Below, one piece after another: positions 9,481 through 17,438 of a DNA stretch of 64,000 bases. The stretch spans positions 64,001 through 128,000 of IMG/VR virus record IMGVR_UViG_3300037067_011302; one strand, given 5' to 3'. Each line of letters opens with the position of its first letter. Position 1 is the stretch's first letter. The notes below the pieces were generated by a model. The model was not told where the DNA came from. It was given only the letters and a program-made list of their open reading frames with translations, and searched no databases. The stretch is from a virus (lineage: Duplodnaviria; Caudoviricetes). The position numbers were made by a program, and so were the translations under genes.

Positions 9481-9580
9481 AGGAATTAAATCTTTGTTCA
9501 AGGAGCTAAATCTTGAAGCTTTTAGGAGTTAAATCTCACAATTTGAGGAACTAAGTCTTGAGTTCAAGGTATTAAGTCTT
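9481..9580 (+). repeat. Five phased copies of the 14-bp motif AGGARYTAARTCTY
   Basis: Copies start at 9481, 9501, 9524, 9546 and 9567 (fifth is AGGT-) with unique 6-9 bp spacers. Confidence 0.9.
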
Positions 9581-9640
9581 GAGACGTTGAACTCGAAATA
9601 ACGTCAACAACACAATGAACCATCTTCTGAACGCAAATGC

Positions 9641-9669
9641 AAAAAGGGTCCCGGTTTTCCAGGACCCTT
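9641..9669 (-). terminator. Intrinsic terminator after the major capsid gene
   Basis: AAGGGTCC...GGACCCTT stem with a T tract on the minus strand. Confidence 0.8.
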
Positions 9670-9697
9670 CTGCTGCCACCTAACTAGTTGAAACTAA

Positions 9698-11599
9698 TCA
9701 GATGATGTTCATGTCCAGCACGGTCACGGTACCGTAGAAGTCCGAACGAACCATCTTCTTCCCGTACCGCGTCATCACGCCCTTTCGCGGCGTGAAGTCT
9801 TCAGGAGCGAAGATCGTCGGCGTGACTATCATCGGGACGTACGGAGAGTACACATAACCGCACTCGAGGTAAGAACCACCCTTGTAGCCGACGAGAATCT
9901 TGTTCTTCGGGAAGTATGGATCCTTGTAGACAGTGAAGCGGTTCGACACCGTACCGATCGCCTCGGCACCGATGGTGAATGGACTTCCGACCTGTCCCTC
10001 ACCGTCCATCGTGTACTTCGGCTTGTAGAGCACCGAGCTCTCCAGGATCGTGCAAACGTCGGGTCCGGTGACCATGAAGTTCGCGCTTCCGCGGAGGGTC
10101 TTGCGGTGAATGGTGTTGGCCACATCGATCACGGTCTCGATGAGGGTCTCGTACCACTCGCGCACGGTGCCGGTGAACTGCGGTCCGATGGACAGGGACG
10201 TCGACAGCGTCTGAGGCTGACCGGTCGTCTTGTTCACGAACCTACCAGGAGCGCGCGACCAGAAGTAGTTGGCGCCGTTCGCCTGAGTGACCAGATCGTT
10301 CAAGATCTCGCGGTCGATCTCGAGGGCGATCTGCTCGGACAGGATGGACGTCAGCTCGACCTCGGCATCCAGCGAGTGGTATGCATTGAGGTCCTGTGCG
10401 AGTTCCGGTGACCAACGAGCGCGCAGCTTGCGGGTCGTTGCGGTGATGGCGATCGACTCGATCTTGATGTCAATCTCAGGAATCGCCGGCGTCGGTGAGG
10501 CACCGAAGTCCGACTCGAACGAAGGCACGGTGACGGTGGCACCAGTGGAGGTGTCAACTGACAGTCCAGCGTTGATTGCACATGAGGCCTTCTGGGTCGC
10601 GGTCGTCATGGTGGGAATCGAGCCGCCGTTCGACAGCTTGATGACCATCTGCACGTGAGTTCCGTTCATGGCATCGGGAGTGAACACGCCCGTGGACGAG
10701 GACCAGTTACCACGACGATTCAGCCTGCGAAGGTTGAACGCGCCGTAGCCGGATTGGTAGGACTGTCCCCACGCAACCGCGCCAACGTCACCCTGGAAAC
10801 CAAACAGCGCGATCTGGTCGATTGCCGTGAGGTCAATCTTCGGGAGCACCGATTGTAGTGCAGCAACGGTGAAGTGGACGAACGTCACGTCCAGGTCATT
10901 GTTGGTCACCGCGTTCTCAACGTCGGGATCGTACTGCAGCTGCCTGATGTTCGTTCCCGTCAGGTCAGTGGAAGCCTTGATGATTCCGGAGGCCGCCCAA
11001 GCGTCAGCCGCACCGGTCCAAGCGCCGATGTCCAGGCCAGAGCCGGACAACGACAGAGTTCCGGAGTGAACCTTGCTGTAGCCGCTGCCGACGAGGTCAT
11101 ACATGCCGCCCGTGGCGAGAGAGCCCGATTGGATGCCCTTTGCCGTTGGGTTGGCATAGATGCTCTGCCCACGCTGATAGGTCTCATACGTTGCAGAATT
11201 GGACAGCGAAGAGCCAGCGTCGCCGCCGACGTTGCTACCGTAGGTATAGTCGAGATAGAAGATCAGTCCGGATGGGAGCGACATGGGCTGAATGGAAACC
11301 AGCTCATTCGCGACCAGTCCACCGAACACCTTGCGGACGATCGGGAAGGCAACGTTCGAGAAGCCCTGGATCTGCCCGCTGGAGGTCACAGTTCCGCCGC
11401 CGGTCGAGATTGCATTCGACTCGCGGAGGCACTGGGCCGCCTGGTTCTCGAGCAGCTGTGCCATCGTCTCGCGCTTGAAGCCGTCGAGTCCGCGGAGCAA
11501 TCCTGTCCTGCTCCACTTCTCGATGAGTCGGCTGCGCTCGGCACCGATGTTCCGGTCCTTGAGCCCGGACGTCAAAAATTCGTGTGTAATGTGTTTCAT
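9698..11599 (-). CDS. Major capsid protein, T4 gp23-like
   Basis: LLENQ; SIQPMSLPSGLIFY; RKLRARWSPELAQDL.A.H.LDAE.EL..ILS..I..EIDREI; PRKGVMTRYG. Confidence 0.97.
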   Translation of the reverse strand: MKHITHEFLTSGLKDRNIGAERSRLIEKWSRTGLLRGLDGFKRETMAQLLENQAAQCLRESNAISTGGGTVTSSGQIQGFSNVAFPIVRKVFGGLVANELVSIQPMSLPSGLIFYLDYTYGSNVGGDAGSSLSNSATYETYQRGQSIYANPTAKGIQSGSLATGGMYDLVGSGYSKVHSGTLSLSGSGLDIGAWTGAADAWAASGIIKASTDLTGTNIRQLQYDPDVENAVTNNDLDVTFVHFTVAALQSVLPKIDLTAIDQIALFGFQGDVGAVAWGQSYQSGYGAFNLRRLNRRGNWSSSTGVFTPDAMNGTHVQMVIKLSNGGSIPTMTTATQKASCAINAGLSVDTSTGATVTVPSFESDFGASPTPAIPEIDIKIESIAITATTRKLRARWSPELAQDLNAYHSLDAEVELTSILSEQIALEIDREILNDLVTQANGANYFWSRAPGRFVNKTTGQPQTLSTSLSIGPQFTGTVREWYETLIETVIDVANTIHRKTLRGSANFMVTGPDVCTILESSVLYKPKYTMDGEGQVGSPFTIGAEAIGTVSNRFTVYKDPYFPKNKILVGYKGGSYLECGYVYSPYVPMIVTPTIFAPEDFTPRKGVMTRYGKKMVRSDFYGTVTVLDMNII

Positions 11600-11651
11600 G
11601 ATTTGAATCTTTCTTTATCAGATGAGAGACTTGAACCTTTTCTTCCCGCCT

Positions 11652-13352
11652 TCACTTCGTCAGTCCGGCGAGCTTTCCCCAACGCTCGATGTCAGAACAC
11701 TCCGTCATGGGTGCTGACCCCTGGCGCTCGACTCGCGAAGAAGAACCGAGCACTCTTCGCTCGTTCGACTCGTTGACTCGATTGCCCCCGTCCTCGGCAG
11801 CGACCTCCATGGCCCTTGCGTAGACGGCCTTCGCCTCGCGGATCGTCTTTGAGGCTTCGAGCCGCTTGACGACCTGAGACTTCTGACGCTGCGAGAGTCC
11901 TTCAGTTTGGAGGACCTTATTTGCATACGTCAGCCTTGCGTTGACCAGATTCGTGTCTGCCAACCTACTGCGGAGGTCTTGTAGCGCGACGTTCTCCGCC
12001 TGTCGCGGTCGTCCCTCATTCATGGGGGACCTGTTTGTCTGCCCAAGCAGACGGTCACGGAGCCTGTTGTAGCGCTCACGTAGGAATGATTGCTTTCGCG
12101 TGTCACCGGAGCGAGCGGCTTCCATCGCTGCGTGGCGAACTGCCTTCATGCGACGACGAATGCCTTCCTTCATCGACGAATGACCATCAGCCACGTCAGT
12201 TCCCTGCTCTTCGCCCTTGCGACGATTCTGCAACTCGTCGAGACCTTCCTCGGCCTCGCCGACGAGTTCCTCTTCACCCTCGTCGTCCTCTTCACAGATG
12301 CCCTCGGCACCGCACTTCTTGCCACCGCCGAAGTCCTTGACGCCCTTCTTGGCATCACCGGTCTTTGCTGGCTTGACAATTCCTGGCTTTGCCTCTTCGT
12401 TGATCCTGCGAGTTCGCATGCGGGCGACCTCACGGGCGAGCATTCGCTCATCAATCTCAACGATCACATCGTCGCCGAGGCGCTTGGACTCGAACTTCTC
12501 AGGTTCCTCTTCGTCCTCACCAGCGGCGCCACCTTCAGGAGCCTCATCAGGAGTCACGTCAAAGTCGAGCTCTTCACCGCCCTCATCGCCCTCAGCATCA
12601 GGACTGGGCTCAACAGCAACGTCACCCTCTTCACCTTCCTCGTCAGAGACGAGGTTGGCGCCGATGCCGTCGAGGTCGAGGTCGTCCGGAAGACCAGTCA
12701 ATTCGAGAGTAATTGTCTTTGCTTCTTTCACCGGCTTCTTCATTTTCATTGACTCCTGCAGCTCATTCAGAGCGCTAAAACACGATTCCAACCTTTTCTC
12801 CAGCGCACCCTTTGATTCACGAACGATCTTGAGTGCCTGCACTTGCTCGTAAGTATCCTCTACGTGTGCAACTAATCGTTCGATTTGTTTGTTCGCTTCG
12901 ACGAACCTAATTCGACCCGCCGCAACGTCGCCGCTCAGGCGGTCAACCTCATACTGCGCATTCCTCACGAGTGCCTCAACACGAGGTGCACGGGCGAGCG
13001 GCGCCAACTTCTCAGCGGAAGAAGAAGTGAGCTCGTACTCATCGTCAGTCTCCGGCTCAACGTCTACGCCTGGAGCATCATCAAGCAACGAGGCCATTCC
13101 ACCCGGTTGCTCCTTTTCGCTCTCTTCACTATCCTTCGCTGATGCCAGTTCGTCCGTCAACAGTTCCTTGCCGTCGAGCTCATCATCGAGGTCAGAGTCT
13201 TCTTTCTCTTCCTCGCCCATCAGTTGGCTCTCAATCAGCTCACGGATCCTCGGCGTGACGACGTCCAGGATTGCCCTCTGTGCGTTCGCCTCGGCGAGCT
13301 CCTTGACTTTCCTCACGTCAGCCAGCGCTTCGTCGTATAGTTGTTTCGACAT
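11652..13352 (-). CDS. Prohead core/scaffold protein (gp22-like position)
   Basis: Acidic coiled coil directly upstream of the capsid gene; many (L/I)xE sites; ends RWGKLAGL. Confidence 0.75.
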   Translation of the reverse strand: MSKQLYDEALADVRKVKELAEANAQRAILDVVTPRIRELIESQLMGEEEKEDSDLDDELDGKELLTDELASAKDSEESEKEQPGGMASLLDDAPGVDVEPETDDEYELTSSSAEKLAPLARAPRVEALVRNAQYEVDRLSGDVAAGRIRFVEANKQIERLVAHVEDTYEQVQALKIVRESKGALEKRLESCFSALNELQESMKMKKPVKEAKTITLELTGLPDDLDLDGIGANLVSDEEGEEGDVAVEPSPDAEGDEGGEELDFDVTPDEAPEGGAAGEDEEEPEKFESKRLGDDVIVEIDERMLAREVARMRTRRINEEAKPGIVKPAKTGDAKKGVKDFGGGKKCGAEGICEEDDEGEEELVGEAEEGLDELQNRRKGEEQGTDVADGHSSMKEGIRRRMKAVRHAAMEAARSGDTRKQSFLRERYNRLRDRLLGQTNRSPMNEGRPRQAENVALQDLRSRLADTNLVNARLTYANKVLQTEGLSQRQKSQVVKRLEASKTIREAKAVYARAMEVAAEDGGNRVNESNERRVLGSSSRVERQGSAPMTECSDIERWGKLAGLTK

Positions 13353-13387
13353 TCGTTTCTCCGTGATCACTAAGTATGCGGTGCTCG

Positions 13388-13855
13388 TCAGACGTTCGCG
13401 CCCGAATCACCCTTGACCATGTCTTTGCCGAGAACGACGTGTGCGTCCACCTTCGAGCTCGTCTCGAGCGGAAACTTCGTTCCATTCGTGCCAACAACGT
13501 AGTTCGGCTTGATGTCCTCAGGTTTGATGTCCGGATCATCGAGCTTTCCATCGTCATTCGGCCCAGGAGACCTGATGTCAGGAACGTATGCGTTCGCCGG
13601 ATCATTCTCCTTCGTCCACTTAACGTCCTTCATTTCTGGAGCGTCAGAAAAGTCCAACTTGACCTCGCCGACCGACTTCAGATCTCCCTGTTGTAGATCA
13701 GGAATCAACAGGGCATTGCCCATGTTGACCGTCTGCTTCATCGCCTGTTGCTCTGTCATGCCCGCCGTCGGATGACCCTTGAACAACTTTCCCAGGAAGA
13801 TTCGTTTATCATCCTGTGGAGCTGCGTACTGCGTGTATTTTCCTTTGCCGGGCAT
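13388..13855 (-). CDS. Hypothetical head-module protein
   Basis: GGAGG RBS; position in the head operon. Confidence 0.7.
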   Translation of the reverse strand: MPGKGKYTQYAAPQDDKRIFLGKLFKGHPTAGMTEQQAMKQTVNMGNALLIPDLQQGDLKSVGEVKLDFSDAPEMKDVKWTKENDPANAYVPDIRSPGPNDDGKLDDPDIKPEDIKPNYVVGTNGTKFPLETSSKVDAHVVLGKDMVKGDSGANV

Positions 13856-13868
13856 GTCTTCCTCCCAA

Positions 13869-14132
13869 TCAAACCTTCTTTGACGCCAACTTCTTCAGCA
13901 ACAGGCGCTTCTGCTCGCGTAGTGTCGCCAATCTCTTAGCGACCTTACGTTCTTCGATCTTCAACGCCTTGTACATGTCGATCTTCTTCTCAAGAGCATC
14001 GGCATACTCATCGGCGTCGACCTCTTCAGTGTCGGAGGCAGCATCCTCAGTGCTCTTCTCTGCGCCAAACTTCGCCGCTTCTTCCATCACGAGTCGCTTC
14101 AACATCTCATTCGTCAGCTTCACAGACTTCAT
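13869..14132 (-). CDS. Small head-module protein with LKRLVMEE leader
   Basis: ATACTTA upstream; leader motif; acidic/basic coiled coil. Confidence 0.7.
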   Translation of the reverse strand: MKSVKLTNEMLKRLVMEEAAKFGAEKSTEDAASDTEEVDADEYADALEKKIDMYKALKIEERKVAKRLATLREQKRLLLKKLASKKV

Positions 14133-14210
14133 AGTGTACCTACTCGTCAGGTAAGTATCGACTAATCATCACTTACGTTGTCAAACGCCATCAAGGCGGC
14201 AACGTGAGCG

Positions 14211-14618
14211 TCATGTGCCCAAAAGCTTTTTCTGTGGTGTGGCAAACGCTAGGTCTGCCCAACGAGACGAACCATCTCCAAACACCTCCTCAGGAGTTCC
14301 GTCAAAGTGCTCAAGGCCGGCGCCGGCGATGCCAGAAGAATCTCCCTTGATCATCTCGGGCAGCGTCGTTGCCGCAGTGTCAGCAAGAATCGCCTCCATG
14401 AGTGGGTTACCACCAGCGTTACGCTTGATGGCCTCTGCGACCTCTGGTGACGGTCCGGTGGGCCTCTGCTGCCTCATGCCAATAGTTCTCTGTTGCTTGG
14501 GTGACTCGCTCACCTGGGGACGGCGGTGTTCCGTCAACGCTCCAGACAAACCCTCGTCAAGGATCTCAACCAAGCACTCCTTCACAATCTTCTTCAAGTC
14601 ATCCCGCGACAGTTTCAT
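14211..14618 (-). CDS. Head-module protein with LKKIVKECLVEIL leader
   Basis: GGAGG RBS; leader motif. Confidence 0.7.
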   Translation of the reverse strand: MKLSRDDLKKIVKECLVEILDEGLSGALTEHRRPQVSESPKQQRTIGMRQQRPTGPSPEVAEAIKRNAGGNPLMEAILADTAATTLPEMIKGDSSGIAGAGLEHFDGTPEEVFGDGSSRWADLAFATPQKKLLGT

Positions 14619-15117
14619 CACAACCTCCAAAAAACTTTCCGACCACGTCGATCGTCAGACCGTCGAGGTGATCCACCTCGTGCTGCACGATCCTCGCCGC
14701 CACTCCGTCGTACACGACGGTGGTTGGCGTTCCATCCAAACGAACATACTTCACGGTGCACGCCTCGCAACGTTCAACGTCGTACAGTCTGCCGGGCAAT
14801 GACAAGCATCCTTCTGAACGAACTGACCGCGCTCGAGAACGACCGACGATGATCGGATTGATCATCACGATGTTCTTTCTGTACGACACGATGATCACTC
14901 GCAACGATGAACCGACCTGGGGTGCGGCTATTCCTGCACCGTGCATTGAGCAGACGATGGAATTCATTTCGTCGACCAACAATCGAACGCCATCGTCAAT
15001 CGCGACAATCGGAACGCAAGTTGTGCTCAATATCGGATCTGGGACACGCCTCAACGATGCAACGACTGGAACAACGTATGCACACGACATACAAAAGAAT
15101 TCTAACTCACGCGTCAA
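14599..15117 (-). CDS. def: Peptide deformylase
   Basis: All three motifs present: GAGIAAPQVG, EGCLS, QHEVDHLDG. Confidence 0.95.
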   Translation of the reverse strand: MTRELEFFCMSCAYVVPVVASLRRVPDPILSTTCVPIVAIDDGVRLLVDEMNSIVCSMHGAGIAAPQVGSSLRVIIVSYRKNIVMINPIIVGRSRARSVRSEGCLSLPGRLYDVERCEACTVKYVRLDGTPTTVVYDGVAARIVQHEVDHLDGLTIDVVGKFFGGCDETVAG

Positions 15118-15488
15118 CCGATGCCAGAATAACCGTCAGAACCCGTCAGGATCGGTGCATATTTCACCGGAATACCTGAAAGACCCGCTAACACAGAGTA
15201 CTCAGCATTTGTGCCGCTGACGAACAATTGAGTGATGCGCAGTTCCTGATCCAACGTTGAGCCTGACGTCAACCTAAAGTAGTTCGTCAACAGTCCGTTC
15301 CTGCTGAACGCAATGCGCAGGTCGCCGGAGCTAGAGACATTTGTGACGACGAGCGTCTTTGACACGAACGGAAAGTCGTACCTGTCGATGATGTTTGCTC
15401 CCATGATCGACGACGTCACCCAGGGAACGCCTGGCACTTGGAGCTCTGACGCTAGGTTGTAGCCGGGAATCGGTGTGTTAAGTCCCAT
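15114..15488 (-). CDS. Putative virion structural protein
   Basis: 124-aa beta-rich ORF in the head module with TSS/SGS motifs. Confidence 0.6.
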   Translation of the reverse strand: MGLNTPIPGYNLASELQVPGVPWVTSSIMGANIIDRYDFPFVSKTLVVTNVSSSGDLRIAFSRNGLLTNYFRLTSGSTLDQELRITQLFVSGTNAEYSVLAGLSGIPVKYAPILTGSDGYSGIG

Positions 15489-15501
15489 GGCATATGTAGG
15501 A

Positions 15502-16554
15502 TCATCGAGCGTTTAGAATCTCATTCATGATGCGATCGATCCTGTCGCTGCGGTTGAACACCCTACTCAGTTCCGCCGCCGTGATGACCCTTCCCTCTGG
15601 GAGCATGAACGCCTGAGCCGTCGATGGATCAGAAACGACGTCGAAGCAGATCAACTGAAAGTCATCCTGAACAACGAAGTAATCGCCTTGTTGCTTCGTC
15701 GAACCAACGCCCCGCGAGGAGATTCCGAGCTTGACGCCTGACTCGACGAGGCCCTTCAGGATCTGACCTGACGGAACCTTATCCAAGATCTCAATCGCGC
15801 CGCGGGCCTCATTTCCCTCCATCTTCACCTCGCGCACGATGTGAGAGACATTCTTGAGGTTGACGACGGACGTCTCCGGATGATCGCAGTTGCCCGTCCA
15901 ACAGACGTGACCATTCTGCTTCATTAGCCACGTTCCGTTCTTGACGGTCACACAATAGACCCTTCCATCGTAGTCGATGACGTCGACGCTCTCACGAGCA
16001 ACTCTCTGAAGACGTTCACTTGTGAACAGTTGAAAACTCGTCGAAGAGTTCTTCACTTCATCGAACAACGCACTAGACTTAATCTTTTTTGGTCGTCCGC
16101 ACAAGTCAGTGATCAAGATGTTGTGGTTTGGCGTCAGACACACGTCATGTGCACGTGAAACACGAATTCTGTGCATCGGTCCACGATACCTACGATCGAT
16201 CTTCCTATCGATTCGTTGAAATTCAAGTTCATTGTTCTCAACGTTCAATGTCGCAATGACTTCATCGTTGGCAATGTCCTTGATTGACTTCCAACCATTC
16301 ACCGTGTAAATTTCAGTCTCAGGTGGAACGCATTCACCCAAGCTCCTGTTTTCATTGATGAATTTCTGGTAGTTTCTGATCTCACGCTCGAGAATCGCCT
16401 TCGGGTAAATTCTACCGTTCTGGTTCAGAGCATCCGCCTTCTGCATCAGGCCGCGCAGGATGATCCTTCCGTCGTTCTTCTCGTACGATTCCTTGATCAT
16501 CTCGGGCGTGTACTCGAGCGGTTGAAACGAACTGATGAGTCTAAGTTCAGACAT
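15502..16554 (-). CDS. Prohead protease (T4 gp21-like) containing a mini-intein
   Basis: NQNGRIYP; GE|CDHP; GISSRGVGS; FDVVSDPST. Confidence 0.93.
   Translation of the reverse strand: MSELRLISSFQPLEYTPEMIKESYEKNDGRIILRGLMQKADALNQNGRIYPKAILEREIRNYQKFINENRSLGECVPPETEIYTVNGWKSIKDIANDEVIATLNVENNELEFQRIDRKIDRRYRGPMHRIRVSRAHDVCLTPNHNILITDLCGRPKKIKSSALFDEVKNSSTSFQLFTSERLQRVARESVDVIDYDGRVYCVTVKNGTWLMKQNGHVCWTGNCDHPETSVVNLKNVSHIVREVKMEGNEARGAIEILDKVPSGQILKGLVESGVKLGISSRGVGSTKQQGDYFVVQDDFQLICFDVVSDPSTAQAFMLPEGRVITAAELSRVFNRSDRIDRIMNEILNAR
15889..16332 (-). mobile_element. Mini-intein (148 aa, no endonuclease)
   Basis: Starts CVPPETEIYT.NGWK; block B TPNH; VYCVTV; ends WTGN with +1 Cys. Confidence 0.9.
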
Positions 16555-17416
16555 TTTTGTCTCCGTCCGGCGTCGTGATTTCAGACGCGAGCTTCATGTA
16601 CATGAGGAACCTCGACACTCGATCGTCGTCCACGGACCCGACGTCCTCCTTGAGGATTTCCGCCTTGACGCTCTCCGCCTTCTCTCGCACCGCGTCAGGA
16701 GTTCCATCCTCGGACGCGTACGAGTCGAGCTGCCTCACGACGCGTTCCTTCGTCTCGACCAAGAATTGGGACAACGACGAACCATCGTCGGACGCCGTCG
16801 AGAATGCGTACGCCCTAACGAGCGCGCGCTGGTCGTCGGTCAATTCACGACTGTACTTTTCGTTCAATTTCTGCATCATCACTCTGACGAGCGCCTTCGC
16901 CGTCCCAGGAGATTCCTCAACGACAGCTCCGGTGGGTGCTGAAGGCTTCTCAGAGACCAACCACGAGTGCACTCGCTCCTCGTACATCGCCATCCTGGAG
17001 AGGTCGGGCTCCGCGGCGCGCCAATCGTTGAGCAGCGTCTGGATGGTGGCGATCGTCCTGTACTCAGACACGTGTTGGTCATAGAACGCCGGGTCGTTGA
17101 TCACGTGGTTGATGTCACGGATCAACAGCGACTTCTGCCTGTCGAGCTGTGCCGGATCGTGTGCCTTCGCGGCGCGCTTTGCCTCGTTCATGATCGACGC
17201 TGCCACGGCGGGCGTGGACACGGTGGTCTTCACGAGCGAATTGATCAGTCGAAACTCTCGGTACAACTCCGTGCCTGGCTTGAAGTGTCGCCTGATGATC
17301 TTGAGCGCGGCGTTTGCCGTCCTCTTGTCGCCTGAGACCAGCGACGACGTCACCTTCCTGATCAGGAACTCCCACAAAAGCTGTGCGTTTCTCTTCTTTG
17401 AATGTTGCTTCGGCAT
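16547..17416 (-). CDS. Conserved head-module hypothetical protein
   Basis: HSKKRN..LLWEFL start; lies between portal and protease. Confidence 0.75.
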   Translation of the reverse strand: MPKQHSKKRNAQLLWEFLIRKVTSSLVSGDKRTANAALKIIRRHFKPGTELYREFRLINSLVKTTVSTPAVAASIMNEAKRAAKAHDPAQLDRQKSLLIRDINHVINDPAFYDQHVSEYRTIATIQTLLNDWRAAEPDLSRMAMYEERVHSWLVSEKPSAPTGAVVEESPGTAKALVRVMMQKLNEKYSRELTDDQRALVRAYAFSTASDDGSSLSQFLVETKERVVRQLDSYASEDGTPDAVREKAESVKAEILKEDVGSVDDDRVSRFLMYMKLASEITTPDGDKNV

Positions 17417-17438
17417 TGTCAACCATCGCTCTTCTACG

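Noticed and set aside
9481-9580. CRISPR or TIGR-type guide array
   Set aside because: Repeats are 14 bp with 6-9 bp variable-length spacers; no Cas or Nop-domain protein recognised in the window
9829-13416. Many long overlapping or antisense ORFs over the capsid and scaffold genes
   Set aside because: Shadow ORFs expected from GC3-biased codon usage; no recognisable motifs
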